A DNA stretch of 64,000 bases from a virus. Its lineage: Duplodnaviria > Caudoviricetes. Position 1 is the stretch's first letter. Each line of letters begins with the position of its first letter. Positions 1 to 11,141 of the stretch are shown here, in pieces. A program made the position numbers and the translations under genes. The stretch lies in the IMG/VR virus record IMGVR_UViG_3300044655_001017. One strand, 5' to 3'. Under the pieces are notes generated by a model. The model ran no database searches. It worked only from the letters and a program-made list of their open reading frames with translations, and was not told where the DNA came from.

Positions 1-2
1 CC

Positions 3-176
3 GGCGGAGAATTCCAGATTATTCCTGACGGAAATCCTAATAATGTAAATAGTACAAAGCCTAAAAAGGGAGATGTAATAGCATTTCCGTCGTTTGTTCC
101 CCATCAAGTTACAAAAGTTGAATCCGGAAAACGGAAAAGTTTAGTTTGTTGGGTACTTGGGCCAAAATTTAAATAA
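3..176 (+). CDS. 2OG-Fe(II) oxygenase, C-terminal part (5' truncated by window)
   Basis: Own translation: GGEFQII...KGDVIAFPSFVPHQVTKVESGKRKSLVCW; distal His and RxS of the PKHD/P4H-type fold. Confidence 0.8.
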   Translation, partial: GGEFQIIPDGNPNNVNSTKPKKGDVIAFPSFVPHQVTKVESGKRKSLVCWVLGPKFK

Positions 177-186
177 AAGAGGGTAA

Positions 187-906
187 ATGTCGCTTATATC
201 AATTTTTAAAGATCCACTAATAGAGTTTTTAACTTCCGAACAACATTCTACAGTATTAATCCCGCCTGGACCTGCTAATAAATTTATACCGGAATGGTAT
301 AAATCTATTCCTGCAGTTAGTAAATCTTTTAGAGACGTGAAAGGTGCACACGGAATGACTGCTAAGAAGTGTTTACCGATGTTAGATGCAATGACACACG
401 GCTACATTATTCCACTAGCAGGCGACATACATGTAAGGACAAATGAAGACGCAACTATAATTGATATTACTGAAAATCCGTATGTTCGATTAACAGACGA
501 ACACGACCCAACTCAAGTAGGACCAAATTTTCCGTATCCTGGAAAACATTTAATTAAATTTTTAAATCATTTTGTTATTAAAACTCCTCCAGGATATTCG
601 TGTTTATTTACTGCACCGGTTAATCATTTAGAATCTAGATTCTTAACATTAGGTGCAGTGGTCGAAACCGATATGTATGATAGAGAAATTAATTTTCCAA
701 CTGTGTGGCTAGCTAATAATTTTGATGACATTTTACCTGCAGGAACTCCGTTAATACAATGTATTCCGTTTAAACGCAATACTAATATTGATAAGTACAC
801 TGTTAGACCATTTACTTCTAAAGAATTTAATCAAAGAGAAATAACAAGAATGAAACAAGATAATCAGTGCAGTTATTATGTTAATAATATTAGAGTAAAA
901 AAATAA
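187..906 (+). CDS. Conserved phage hypothetical protein (KKC-P...PGYS...GTPLxQxIPFKR family)
   Basis: 239 aa ORF; paralogue of next gene. Confidence 0.6.
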   Translation: MSLISIFKDPLIEFLTSEQHSTVLIPPGPANKFIPEWYKSIPAVSKSFRDVKGAHGMTAKKCLPMLDAMTHGYIIPLAGDIHVRTNEDATIIDITENPYVRLTDEHDPTQVGPNFPYPGKHLIKFLNHFVIKTPPGYSCLFTAPVNHLESRFLTLGAVVETDMYDREINFPTVWLANNFDDILPAGTPLIQCIPFKRNTNIDKYTVRPFTSKEFNQREITRMKQDNQCSYYVNNIRVKK

Positions 907-1658
907 TGTCTATAATATCAACTATTAAATCGTTATTATTTGAAGCATTTGATACAACTCCTATGATTTCTTTCAAGTGTGAAGTTCCAGGATATGAAGT
1001 AGGGCAACCTGTAAAACGCGCAGTAGATATTAAACCAGACTGGATGATTGATCAGCAAAAAGAAGCGACCCATCATGGAACTCATAAATTCTCTGCGTGT
1101 CCGGGTATGCACGATTTGTATAAAACAGGATACATCATTCCTGCATGGGAAGATTTTGAAATTATTGTTACGGAATCTACTTTTAAAATTCAAATCGGTA
1201 GAGGCACTACATTTCCATGTTTACCTCATCAACCATTATCGTACCACGTAGTAAAAGACATAATTGCGCTCGATGAAGGTATGACAGGACATGCTATAAA
1301 ATTTCCATCTCCATGGAAGGCGTTTACTAAGCCAGGGTATTCTGCGCTTGTTATGCCGGCAATGTACCATTCTCCGTTTCTTCGTGATTTATTTGTATAT
1401 CCGGGTATTAATGATTACGACACATTTCATCATTTAAATTTAATGGTTACTCCAGTAAAACCGATGCACATTAAAATATATGCAGGTACTCCGTTATTGC
1501 AAGTAATTCCGTATAAACGAGAAATCATTACTGCCGAAGTTGGTTTAGCTAGTGCTAAAGATATTGCGTTGGCTAATTTTACATACCGAACTAGTGCTCC
1601 GGGATTTTATAGAAAATGGTTATACAAGAAAAAAACAACAGACATTAAATATATTTAA
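906..1658 (+). CDS. Conserved phage hypothetical protein, paralogue of 187..906
   Basis: Shares CP, GYIIP-W, PGYS and GTPLLQVIPYKR motifs; coupled TAATG overlap. Confidence 0.6.
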   Translation: MSIISTIKSLLFEAFDTTPMISFKCEVPGYEVGQPVKRAVDIKPDWMIDQQKEATHHGTHKFSACPGMHDLYKTGYIIPAWEDFEIIVTESTFKIQIGRGTTFPCLPHQPLSYHVVKDIIALDEGMTGHAIKFPSPWKAFTKPGYSALVMPAMYHSPFLRDLFVYPGINDYDTFHHLNLMVTPVKPMHIKIYAGTPLLQVIPYKREIITAEVGLASAKDIALANFTYRTSAPGFYRKWLYKKKTTDIKYI

Positions 1659-1670
1659 AGGATTTTAAAC

Positions 1671-2087
1671 ATGAATACAATTTTTAAAGTAAGAATTAAT
1701 CAAGACGGTTCGATTAATTTATTAAAACAAATAGTTGCAATAAACAGTGATGATACTAATTGGAGACCTGCGGTTGAAATAGAACCAGAACCGACAGTAA
1801 CATCATTAGAGAGAGTTATTCCTCAATACGATTTAACTACTGATCCAATCGGTATTACTTATGTTGTAATTAACATGACTCTTGCTGAAAGACAACAACA
1901 TGAAATTCAAAAAATTAAACAAAAGCTAATATCGTCAGTTACTACAATGGTACATTCTAATTTTGAAGTAGATCCGTCGGCGTTCGATACCGATGTACTT
2001 ACACAATCAAAATTAGAAGTAGACTCTAAAATTGCAGCTATTACTGCAGCAACTACTCACGAAGAGTTAACTGAAATTGTTAGATAA
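1671..2087 (+). CDS. Hypothetical protein, possibly tail-fibre assembly-like
   Basis: 138 aa ORF with AAGGA RBS; function is a guess from size and C-terminal helix. Confidence 0.4.
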   Translation: MNTIFKVRINQDGSINLLKQIVAINSDDTNWRPAVEIEPEPTVTSLERVIPQYDLTTDPIGITYVVINMTLAERQQHEIQKIKQKLISSVTTMVHSNFEVDPSAFDTDVLTQSKLEVDSKIAAITAATTHEELTEIVR

Positions 2088-2099
2088 AACGTATCTTAA

Positions 2100-2549
2100 T
2101 TATAAACTATCAATAATATCAATAACAGTTTGAATCTTAGTTTGTATAATTTTATTACGCAAGCTAAGATTTAACCCGCGATGAATAGGTTTTGGAAGTG
2201 CAACTAAACTAAACCAACCCCATGCAATGTGTTCATTACTTAAGGTTGGAACAAATTCATTTTCCACTAAACAAAAATATGTATGAAAATTGAAAACACT
2301 ATCATTAGATACAAACTTTTCTAATGGTAGTGTTTTTTTAATGACTGGGAGAAATCCAATTTCTTCCTCTATTTCTCTAGTAAGACCTTGCCACGGATTT
2401 TCATCAGCGAGATTAGTCCCTCCGACTAATCCCCAGGTTCCTTGATGTTTACCTGAGGATTTTTGGATCAACAGAAATCTATGTGTAGCTTGAGAATATA
2501 TAAGTGCGCCGCTACATATTACCTGTTCGGTTACATTTCTAGTCGCCAT
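2100..2549 (-). CDS. NUDIX hydrolase
   Basis: Nudix box GG-x5-E-x7-REIEEEIG (GGTNLADENPWQGLTREIEEEIG). Confidence 0.9.
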   Translation of the reverse strand: MATRNVTEQVICSGALIYSQATHRFLLIQKSSGKHQGTWGLVGGTNLADENPWQGLTREIEEEIGFLPVIKKTLPLEKFVSNDSVFNFHTYFCLVENEFVPTLSNEHIAWGWFSLVALPKPIHRGLNLSLRNKIIQTKIQTVIDIIDSL

Positions 2550-4003
2550 TTACCCACCTTGTAAATTCCTTCAAAACTTTTAAGCCATGATATCCCATTC
2601 CACACATATTGTATACTAGTAAAAATATTTGTTTGCCAAATCATATAATCAAACGCATTCACTGAATCAAAAATTACAATCCACTGATTACCATCCCATT
2701 CAATAATATCGTTAGCATGCGCAACTAGCGGTTGTCCGTTGGCTCCTTTCCAACCATCTGGATTATCTTCGTTATGTTCATTACCAGTATCTTCAATTAA
2801 TAGATATCGGCATCCTGAATATATAGGATGATCAGTTGGATCAAATGTAAGAGGATTAATAATTGCATCAACGGTTCCGGGAGATTGCATGTATCCCGGA
2901 ACATCTCTATAGTTTGGACCTGCGTCGTAATTTAAATCAAAATCAAACAATCCTACACTGTTAATGCCAGTGTTTGGATTTTTAGTATCTTGATCCCAAA
3001 CAACGTCTAATATTGTTTCTTCATATTGATGTCTAGAAACAGTACCATTAACTTCTGTGCCGTCGGGCTGCATTAAAAATATCCTAGTTACTCCTGATAT
3101 AAATTTATCTGGGAACATCTCTAACAACTCGTCCCATTTAACTTCTGCATTATAATGTTCTGGCATGTCTAGTGACAAATCATTAGTTAACGAAGAATTT
3201 TTTGAGTTTAATAATGTAATCTGATTGTTTACTACTTCAATTGCATAATCTTCAGTCACTGAAATAATCTGAGTCATTAATGTAGACGTAGTTAAGTCTG
3301 GTATAAACGCATCATTACCAAAACCTGAAATGTACGGTGCATTTGCATCATGTAATCCGGTAATAATCTTTGTAATAATCCCATGTTGTTTAAGTTTAAC
3401 TGGCGGACTAATCCATATAGGCGCACTTACGGTTAATGTTCCAATGTCAATTGGTGTATCATTGCCAACTGGTACTGCTTTGCTTGACCATGCAATTGAA
3501 TCTAAATTTAATACTGAAATACTTGTCCAATCAAAATAGTTATCAGTTGTTTGTAATTCCAAACTTGGATTAAACAACATTAAAATTTGTTCTAAAATTT
3601 GTAATTTTTGATCAGTATTTGCAGTCCAAATGTCAACTTTCATAGTTAACTTAAACGGTGTTGGCATTAATCGTTCTATTGTATAATTTCTACCAACGTT
3701 ACTCGTATATTGCCCGTCTACTATTTCACGTTCTCTAACATGCTTTTTACTAACAAATGTTGAATCTTGAAGACGTTCTCTTTCTAAATCTAATCCGTAT
3801 ATATACACACTGATTCTTGGTATAGAATTTAGTGTATTTTCTGAATTCTGCCTTATTACAGTAGCAGCTTGTCTATCCGAATCACCATACGCAACTGGAA
3901 TACGATGTAACGATCCGTCGCTGTATCGTACAGTAAACTCACTAAAAACTCTAATTGTTTGTGTAACGTACCGTCTTATGGCACCGTCATAAAAATGTTG
4001 CAT
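2531..4003 (-). CDS. gp15: Tail sheath stabiliser/terminator, T4 gp15-like, with C-terminal extension
   Basis: N-terminus FYDGAIRRY...IPVAYG resembles gp15; ATAAATA late promoter upstream (~4020). Confidence 0.65.
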   Translation of the reverse strand: MQHFYDGAIRRYVTQTIRVFSEFTVRYSDGSLHRIPVAYGDSDRQAATVIRQNSENTLNSIPRISVYIYGLDLERERLQDSTFVSKKHVREREIVDGQYTSNVGRNYTIERLMPTPFKLTMKVDIWTANTDQKLQILEQILMLFNPSLELQTTDNYFDWTSISVLNLDSIAWSSKAVPVGNDTPIDIGTLTVSAPIWISPPVKLKQHGIITKIITGLHDANAPYISGFGNDAFIPDLTTSTLMTQIISVTEDYAIEVVNNQITLLNSKNSSLTNDLSLDMPEHYNAEVKWDELLEMFPDKFISGVTRIFLMQPDGTEVNGTVSRHQYEETILDVVWDQDTKNPNTGINSVGLFDFDLNYDAGPNYRDVPGYMQSPGTVDAIINPLTFDPTDHPIYSGCRYLLIEDTGNEHNEDNPDGWKGANGQPLVAHANDIIEWDGNQWIVIFDSVNAFDYMIWQTNIFTSIQYVWNGISWLKSFEGIYKVGKWRLEM

Positions 4004-4039
4004 ACATTCTCCTATTCCGTTATTTATTGCAGCAAAAAT

Positions 4040-5473
4040 TTACAAATCTGCTTTTGGTTTAAGTACCTTTGATAAACTTTGACGTTCAGCTTCTCTATTA
4101 TTAAACAGCATTACACGCCATGCACCATCGTACGGAATAGTAATTTGGGATTCGTCTACTATTGGTAACGTTACTTTGATTTTGTTAACGCCATTAGAAA
4201 TGTAAGGCGTGATTAACGTTGGATTATCTGCAATTACAAATTCTAAACGGGTAGCTGATAGTTTAATTACAAGATATAAACCTTGTATTGAATAGTTAAT
4301 ATCAGTGTTAAATTCATAATCACCAACTTCTAGTCTTACATAATCTACAGCAACTTCGTCGTTGTACATAAATTTAGAGTTATTAATAAATCCAGTTTTA
4401 AGTGTTTGTCTAGTATCAGTATTTGTCATAGTCATACGCACGTTATCTTCTACTTTTAGCCATCGTTGCCCGTTAAATGTAAACAATCTATTTGGTAAAA
4501 AGTCAAGTCTTAAATAATAATCATTTAATGCAGGTGCTTGCGGAAACGCAATTCCAGTTCCAAATACATACCCATTAGGTGGATATCCGTCACCAAATAA
4601 GTATCCGCTATAACCTGTTCTTAACGGTACTGCGTTAACACTGCTAACATTAATATTTGATAATCCGTTAATTGTTTGACTGCTATAACTAGCATCAATT
4701 GCATCGGAATCAACAGTAGTTAACAACGCGGCACCGGTTACTGGATCAGTTGCTAATGTATAATATTGTCTAACTTGGAATCCACTCATTGGTGAATCAA
4801 GTTCTGCTTGTTTTATAATTGCATCGTTAATTTCAAGTTCTTTAGTACGAGTGCTTAACAATTCACGTAGTGCATAATTTGAATCTTCCCCTGCAGGCTG
4901 ATCAAGAATATCGGAATATTGCTGACTATCTGTAAGTTTTTTCAGTTTTAATCTATACAAATGCGGATACCATGTAGCACTGTACCCCTCACTTGGACGA
5001 TCTACTTCCTCAACTACAAAAAATCTAGGCATGCTTAAATCTAAGTCGTTTAATGCAAAATCATCTTTTAAATGCGGCAACTCCATAACATCACCTGCAA
5101 TTAATTTGCGACCAATTGTAGTAATAATGTCGTTAATATGCACTGTCATAAACACTGTATCGTTATCAATAAACAAACCAAACTGGCTTAAATTGAAATT
5201 AAGATTTTGAAGTTGATAATGACCACGAATACGATAAATTTCTTGTTCATACTTGCGATCACGGTTTTCTAAGAATAATAAATCTTGAATATTTGTTTCT
5301 TTTATTACATCATATATTGGTTGATCAGCAGTTCCTTCTAACGGATTTTTAGGTCCTAAATATTTATGAACGTGGCAATCTGTGCAACCAACTTGAAACA
5401 TCAATGATATTTGACGATCGATAAATCTGTAGTTATTGCCTTTCTCGGGTTTATAAAGACTAAGCCTCGGCAT
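4040..5473 (-). CDS. Neck/head-closure protein, T4 gp14-like
   Basis: 477 aa; LSQFGLFI motif and position beside gp13/gp15-like genes. Confidence 0.5.
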   Translation of the reverse strand: MPRLSLYKPEKGNNYRFIDRQISLMFQVGCTDCHVHKYLGPKNPLEGTADQPIYDVIKETNIQDLLFLENRDRKYEQEIYRIRGHYQLQNLNFNLSQFGLFIDNDTVFMTVHINDIITTIGRKLIAGDVMELPHLKDDFALNDLDLSMPRFFVVEEVDRPSEGYSATWYPHLYRLKLKKLTDSQQYSDILDQPAGEDSNYALRELLSTRTKELEINDAIIKQAELDSPMSGFQVRQYYTLATDPVTGAALLTTVDSDAIDASYSSQTINGLSNINVSSVNAVPLRTGYSGYLFGDGYPPNGYVFGTGIAFPQAPALNDYYLRLDFLPNRLFTFNGQRWLKVEDNVRMTMTNTDTRQTLKTGFINNSKFMYNDEVAVDYVRLEVGDYEFNTDINYSIQGLYLVIKLSATRLEFVIADNPTLITPYISNGVNKIKVTLPIVDESQITIPYDGAWRVMLFNNREAERQSLSKVLKPKADL

Positions 5474-5497
5474 ATTACTTCTCCTTGAGTGTTATCA

Positions 5498-5517
5498 TAT
5501 TTATCGTAAGATAAATA
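5498..5517. promoter_or_regulatory. Divergent T4-type late promoters (ATAAATA on both strands); same motif also at ~6993, 11130, 13510, 16033, 17899, 21770, 30758, 30802(-), 34004
   Basis: (T)ATAAATA shortly upstream of many structural genes, matching the gp55-type late consensus. Confidence 0.7.
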
Positions 5518-5533
5518 TAGTAGGAGAACTATT

Positions 5534-6304
5534 ATGTCTGACGAAACCACATCATTGATAGAAAGAAATAAAGTATTTGAATATGTAAGCACTATGTTAG
5601 GTGCGGGAATGATTGATTTGGACCTCGACCCAATTCATTACGAAACTGCATTAGATAGAGCGTTAACTCGCTTTAGACAACGCAGTCCAAATGCAGTAGA
5701 AGAAAGTTATAGCTTTTTAGAACTAGTACAAGATCAAAACGATTACAGATTACCTGACGAAATTATAGAAGTACAGAGTGTATTTAGACGTGCTATTGGT
5801 TCACGTTCCGGTATGGGTGCAGGTGGAACATTGTTTGAACCATTTAATTTGGCGTATACTAATACATACATGATGAGTGGTAGTATGATGGGCGGACTTG
5901 CAACTTATGAATTGTTTGCAGGTTACCAAAAACTAGTTGGTAAAATGTTTGGTAGTTATATTGAGTTTAAATGGAAACCTACTAGTCATGTGTTGACAAT
6001 CTTACAACGTCCATTTGCACAAGGTGAACAGATTTTAATTAAGTCACATAATTATCGACCTGACTTTGTATTATTAACTGACATCTATGCTAAACAATGG
6101 TTGCGTGACTATACACTTGCAACTTGTAAAATTATGTTAGGAGAAGCACGTAGTTTATTTTCAACTATTGCAGGACCGGGTGGCGGAATTACACTAAACG
6201 GTAATGATATGAAATCTGCAGGTAAAGAAGAACTTGTTGCACTTGATAAAGAACTTGAAACACAAATATCTGGCGGTCAAGGCTATCATTTTATAATTGG
6301 TTAA
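5534..6304 (+). CDS. gp13: Neck protein, T4 gp13-like
   Basis: YVSTMLGAGMIDLDL...ALDRALTRFRQ and KQWLRDYTLA...LGEARS pattern. Confidence 0.7.
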   Translation: MSDETTSLIERNKVFEYVSTMLGAGMIDLDLDPIHYETALDRALTRFRQRSPNAVEESYSFLELVQDQNDYRLPDEIIEVQSVFRRAIGSRSGMGAGGTLFEPFNLAYTNTYMMSGSMMGGLATYELFAGYQKLVGKMFGSYIEFKWKPTSHVLTILQRPFAQGEQILIKSHNYRPDFVLLTDIYAKQWLRDYTLATCKIMLGEARSLFSTIAGPGGGITLNGNDMKSAGKEELVALDKELETQISGGQGYHFIIG

Positions 6305-6305
6305 C

Positions 6306-6334
6306 TTGACATTTTCCTAAGATGAGCGTATAAT
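6306..6334 (+). promoter_or_regulatory. sigma70 consensus promoter
   Basis: TTGACA-N17-TATAAT upstream of dNMP kinase. Confidence 0.85.
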
Positions 6335-6353
6335 GCGTTTTTAGGAGAATAAA

Positions 6354-6971
6354 ATGATAATTGGAATCGTAGGAAACATAGGTGAAGGCAAAGACACTAT
6401 TGCTGATTACTTAGTAAGTAACTATAACTTTAAACGTGAAAGTTTTGCAGGTACTTTAAAAGATGCAGTGTCTGCAGTGTTTGGATGGGACAGAGAATTA
6501 CTTGAAGGTAGAACTAAAGAGTCTCGAGAATGGCGTGAACAAGTTGACACATGGTGGGAAGATAGATTAGGTATGGTTGGATTAACTCCTAGATTAATTT
6601 TACAGCTGTGGGGTACTGAAGTATGTAGACGTGGCTTTCATGACGATATTTGGGTTGCTAGTTTAGAAAACAAATTACGTAATGTAGGTACTGATGTAGT
6701 TATAAGCGATTGTAGATTTCCTAACGAGTTTGATACTATTAAGAACTTAGGTGGTATTATTGTTCGAGTAAAAAGAAGTCTAGATCCGGAATGGCATTTA
6801 CATGCTAAGGGTGCATCAGCCGGTAACATAGAAGATATTTTAATGTTAAAAGAGTTCGGAATCCACGAAAGTGAATGGGCATGGTATGGTTTAGAAGTAG
6901 ATCATATAATTGATAATACCGGCACATTAGACGAGTTGTACGCAAAAGTAACCAAAATAGTTAAGATATAA
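6354..6971 (+). CDS. Deoxynucleoside monophosphate kinase (T4 gp1-like)
   Basis: MIIGIVGNIGEGKDT P-loop, PRLILQLWGTEV, ISDCRFPNE, IDNTGTLDEL. Confidence 0.9.
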   Translation: MIIGIVGNIGEGKDTIADYLVSNYNFKRESFAGTLKDAVSAVFGWDRELLEGRTKESREWREQVDTWWEDRLGMVGLTPRLILQLWGTEVCRRGFHDDIWVASLENKLRNVGTDVVISDCRFPNEFDTIKNLGGIIVRVKRSLDPEWHLHAKGASAGNIEDILMLKEFGIHESEWAWYGLEVDHIIDNTGTLDELYAKVTKIVKI

Positions 6972-7033
6972 CGCCATAAAATTACAATTTACTATAAATA
7001 CAGTTAGAACTTGTATATATGGAGATTATAATT

Positions 7034-10000
7034 ATGGCTCAACTTAGTTCACCAGGCGTTAGCGTATCTGTTATTGATGAAAGTTTTTACACAGTATCCA
7101 ACGCCGGTACAATACCTTTAATTTTTGTCGCTTCTGCTTCAAATAAATTAACAGGGTCTGGAACAGGCTTTGCTCCAGGCACTCTAGCAAAAAATGACGG
7201 TAAGGTATATTTACTTACAAGTCAAAAAGATTTAGTGGACACATTCGGCACTCCAATTTTTAAAACCGATACAAACAACAATCCAATTCACGCTGGCGAG
7301 CAAAACGAATACGGTTTGCAAGCTGCGTATAGTTTCTTAGGTGTAAGTAATCGTGCATATGTTGCGCGTGCAAGTGTTGATTTATCTCAACTTAATGCTA
7401 CGGCAGTAATGCCATCTAGTGATCCAGTTGACGGCGCAGTTTGGTTAAACACAGCTTCTACACGTTGGGGCGTATTTGAATGGAATGGCTATGATGCAAC
7501 GTATGTTGACGGGCAAACATTTAAAAATGTAGTACCATTAGTTATTACTGAGTTAACACAAGTTGAAACACTTGGAAATGGAAGCATTGCTCCTAAATCA
7601 AGTGTTGGGTTAACTGGTTCATACGCAATTGTTGCAGTATCAAGTCTTAATAAATTGTGGTACAAAAAATACGCAACGAACACAGCTGCTGGTAATTGGG
7701 TAGAAGTTGGTTCATCTGAGTGGAAAGCAAGCCGCCCAACTGTTATCGGTTCAGGTTCTGCTGTTGAATTAGATATTCTTTTAGATGGATTTATTCTAAA
7801 TGGAGTTGAAATTGCACTTGATACCGTAGGTAGTACAATTACTACTTTTGCAGGATTAGTTGCTGCAATTAATGCTAACACTGCTCTTGCATCTGACGGC
7901 GTTACCGCTGCATTGATTAACAACAAACTTGAAATTTATTCAACAGGTGTAGATATTACTTTTGCTGATACTCAAACACTTACTGCTAGTAAACTCGGTG
8001 TTACTATTGCTAAACCGTATGTAGCACCTGCATTACAAATTTCAGCACACACAGCTGTTCCGTTGTTCAAAATAAAAGATAATACCGATACAGTTAGCAA
8101 CAGACCGTCGGGATCTATTTGGATTAAAACAACTGCAATTAATAATGGCGCTGATTTTATCATTAATACATACAAAACGGCTTCAAAATCGTGGATTCCT
8201 TCAACAGTTTCTGTATACCCAACAGGTGCTGCTGCGTTAGCAGGGTTAGATCCAACAGGTGGTGGTTTGCACATTGCAGGTAGCACTTATTATGTTAAAT
8301 CTAACGAAACACAAGACTCACCAAATCCGCTTGCAACATTTACAGTATATCGTCGTAGCGGCGTAGGTGCTACTAGAATTGAATCTGAAGACATTAGTGT
8401 TACTAATTTTCCAGGTGGTAGTGGTACTGCAGGTGACTATTCGTTTAACTTGTATGAAAGCGTAGTAGGTTCTTCAACATTAAAAAGCAGAGTAGTTTCA
8501 TTCCATATTAATGCAGATACATCAACTTCTGCTATTATTGATATTATCTTAAGTGCAATTAACACACCGTCAACTACTTCAAACGTGTCTGCAGTACATG
8601 TAGGTACTTCAAAAATTGCTATTATTCATGCAACTGGTGGTGACATTGAATTCCAAGACTTAACAAATAGTCCAATTAGTGCGTTGTTTTCTACAACAAC
8701 TACACCAAACTTCTATGAACATTCAAATGGATTATGGTTTATTGCTAGCTTATGGACAAAATTTACATCTAATAAAACATCATCATTTATTACTCCAAAA
8801 TCTACACAGCCAACTGCTGGACCATCTAATGGCCAATTGTGGTATGATTCAAAAATTGAAGAAGTTGATATTATGGCACACAATGGTACTACTTGGGTAG
8901 CTTATCGTAACTATAACCCAGGTGACGGATTATCATCTACAGATGCATCTGGACCAATTGTAAGTCCAACTCGTCCTCTTTATCAAAAAAATGGAGATGA
9001 TTTAGTTAATGGTGATTTGTGGATTGATTCTTCAGATACTGACAACTACCCAACGATTTATAAATTTAACTCGTATACTATGGTATGGGATTTAGTTGAT
9101 AAAACTGATCAATCTACAGAAAATGGTATTTTGTTTGCTGATGCAAGATGGGATACATCTGGTACTACAGACACTCCTGCAACAATCACTGCGTTGTTAG
9201 GCGGACTTAACCTACCAGTAGACGAAAGAAACGCAGCTAACTTCTTAGACTTCGATGCACCAAATCCTGCATTATATCCAAAAGGTATGTTGTTATGGAA
9301 TTTGCGTAGAAGCGGATTTAATGTTAAAAGATTACACACAAACTATGTTAACAGATTAACCCGTAACACTAGATATAATAACGAAAGTATGGGATTGTAT
9401 TATACATCTCGTTGGGTATCTGAAGCAGCTAATAACGAAGATGGGTCAGGTGCATTTGGTCGTATTGCACAACGTAAAGTTGTAGTACAGTCATTGCAAG
9501 CGTTAGTTAATGCAAATCAACAAATTCGTGAAGAAGAAAGAGTTCTTAATTTAATTGCAGCACCTGGTTATCCAGAGTTAGTAGGCGAATTAAAAATCTT
9601 AAATTATGATCGTGGTATTACTGCGTTTGTACTTGCTGACGCACCTGCTCGTTTAACTGCTGATGCTACTTCTTTAAGTAACTGGGGTAACAACACAAAT
9701 GTTGCAGTTGAAGATAATGATCATGGTTTAGTATCGGCTGATCCGTATATGGCGTTCTTTTATCCATGGGGTTATTCAAGTGACAATATTGGAAACAACA
9801 TTGTTGTTCCACCAACTTATATGATGTTACGTACAATTGCGTTAAGTGATAATATTAGTTATCCTTGGTTTGCGCCAGCTGGAACATCTAGAGGTGTTAT
9901 TAACAATGCAACAGCGGTTGGATATGTAGACAGCGAAGGTGAATTTAAAACAGTTGCATTAAACGGCGGCCAACGTGATACATTAGCTAGCATCAAAGTT

Positions 10001-10399
10001 AACGCGCTTACATCTATTGCAGGTTCTGGTGTAGTTAATATGGGACAATACACTCGTGCTTCGGCAGCAAGTGCATTAGACCGCATTAACGTTGCACGTT
10101 TAGTAGTTCATTTACGTAGAAAATTTGCATTATTAGCTAGACCATATTTATTTGAACCAAATGATGATGCAACTCGTAAACAAATTAAACATGCTGCAGA
10201 ATCTATGTTAATTGAATTAATGGGCCAACGTGCAATTTACGATTATATTGTAGTGTGTGATAGTTCTAATAATACACCGGATAGAGTCGATCGTAGCGAA
10301 CTATGGCTTGATGTTGCAATCGAACCAACAAAAGCTGTGGAATTTATTTACATTCCATTGCGTTTGAAAAATACTGGCGAACTTAAAGGTCTAGGATAA
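7034..10399 (+). CDS. gp18: Contractile tail sheath protein
   Basis: LSSPGVSVSVIDES N-terminus; WFAPAG, RINVARL, LFEPND C-terminal sheath motifs. Confidence 0.93.
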   Translation: MAQLSSPGVSVSVIDESFYTVSNAGTIPLIFVASASNKLTGSGTGFAPGTLAKNDGKVYLLTSQKDLVDTFGTPIFKTDTNNNPIHAGEQNEYGLQAAYSFLGVSNRAYVARASVDLSQLNATAVMPSSDPVDGAVWLNTASTRWGVFEWNGYDATYVDGQTFKNVVPLVITELTQVETLGNGSIAPKSSVGLTGSYAIVAVSSLNKLWYKKYATNTAAGNWVEVGSSEWKASRPTVIGSGSAVELDILLDGFILNGVEIALDTVGSTITTFAGLVAAINANTALASDGVTAALINNKLEIYSTGVDITFADTQTLTASKLGVTIAKPYVAPALQISAHTAVPLFKIKDNTDTVSNRPSGSIWIKTTAINNGADFIINTYKTASKSWIPSTVSVYPTGAAALAGLDPTGGGLHIAGSTYYVKSNETQDSPNPLATFTVYRRSGVGATRIESEDISVTNFPGGSGTAGDYSFNLYESVVGSSTLKSRVVSFHINADTSTSAIIDIILSAINTPSTTSNVSAVHVGTSKIAIIHATGGDIEFQDLTNSPISALFSTTTTPNFYEHSNGLWFIASLWTKFTSNKTSSFITPKSTQPTAGPSNGQLWYDSKIEEVDIMAHNGTTWVAYRNYNPGDGLSSTDASGPIVSPTRPLYQKNGDDLVNGDLWIDSSDTDNYPTIYKFNSYTMVWDLVDKTDQSTENGILFADARWDTSGTTDTPATITALLGGLNLPVDERNAANFLDFDAPNPALYPKGMLLWNLRRSGFNVKRLHTNYVNRLTRNTRYNNESMGLYYTSRWVSEAANNEDGSGAFGRIAQRKVVVQSLQALVNANQQIREEERVLNLIAAPGYPELVGELKILNYDRGITAFVLADAPARLTADATSLSNWGNNTNVAVEDNDHGLVSADPYMAFFYPWGYSSDNIGNNIVVPPTYMMLRTIALSDNISYPWFAPAGTSRGVINNATAVGYVDSEGEFKTVALNGGQRDTLASIKVNALTSIAGSGVVNMGQYTRASAASALDRINVARLVVHLRRKFALLARPYLFEPNDDATRKQIKHAAESMLIELMGQRAIYDYIVVCDSSNNTPDRVDRSELWLDVAIEPTKAVEFIYIPLRLKNTGELKGLG

Positions 10400-10411
10400 G
10401 GAGAGAGAAAT

Positions 10412-11047
10412 ATGTCAATTGCATCATTATCACACTTTTCAGTCCCTATAAACGGGGGTGATAACACAGGCATGTTAATGCCTAAATTAAAATATCGATT
10501 TAAAGTAACATTTGATGGCTTAGGTATATCAGCTGATACTACTGAGTTAACAAAACAAATAGTCGAAGCGGCTAGACCGACAGCTACGTTTCCTGATCAA
10601 AAAATTGATGTATACAATAGTGTCATCCATTATGCAGGTAAACCAAACTGGGGCACAGTTGCTGTTAAACTACGTGACGATTCGACTGGCGTAGTTAACA
10701 AAATTGTTGGCGAACAAAACCAAAAACAATTTGATTTCTTTGAACAAAGTTCAGCTGCAGCAGCAGGTGATTATAAATTTAAAATGACAATTCAAATGCT
10801 AGATGGTGGTAACGCTGGTAACTTCTCAGAAGCAAACGTATTAGAAACATGGGAATGCTATGGTTGTTATATTACTACAACTACATTTGGTGCGTTAGCG
10901 TATGCTGATGCAGGTACAGGTATGACGATTGATTTAGTAATCCAACCTGATAACTGTGTTCAAATCGTTGGCGGCGGCATTGGCGCAACTGATACTGCAA
11001 GAAACCCCGGCACTAGTGCTGTGGGCGGAACTGGTACTGCTGTGTAA
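10412..11047 (+). CDS. gp19: Tail tube protein
   Basis: Follows sheath; PKLKYRFKV, YAGKPNW, ETWECYGC. Confidence 0.8.
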   Translation: MSIASLSHFSVPINGGDNTGMLMPKLKYRFKVTFDGLGISADTTELTKQIVEAARPTATFPDQKIDVYNSVIHYAGKPNWGTVAVKLRDDSTGVVNKIVGEQNQKQFDFFEQSSAAAAGDYKFKMTIQMLDGGNAGNFSEANVLETWECYGCYITTTTFGALAYADAGTGMTIDLVIQPDNCVQIVGGGIGATDTARNPGTSAVGGTGTAV

Positions 11048-11066
11048 TACAGCTCTACATAATAAT

Positions 11067-11093
11067 AAAAAGCCCGTGTATGCGGGCTTTTTT
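11067..11093 (+). terminator. Rho-independent terminator
   Basis: aaaagcccg-tgtatg-cgggctttttt. Confidence 0.85.
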
Positions 11094-11141
11094 ATGACTA
11101 AAATATAAACTATACACTTTATGAAATAGATAAATATATGT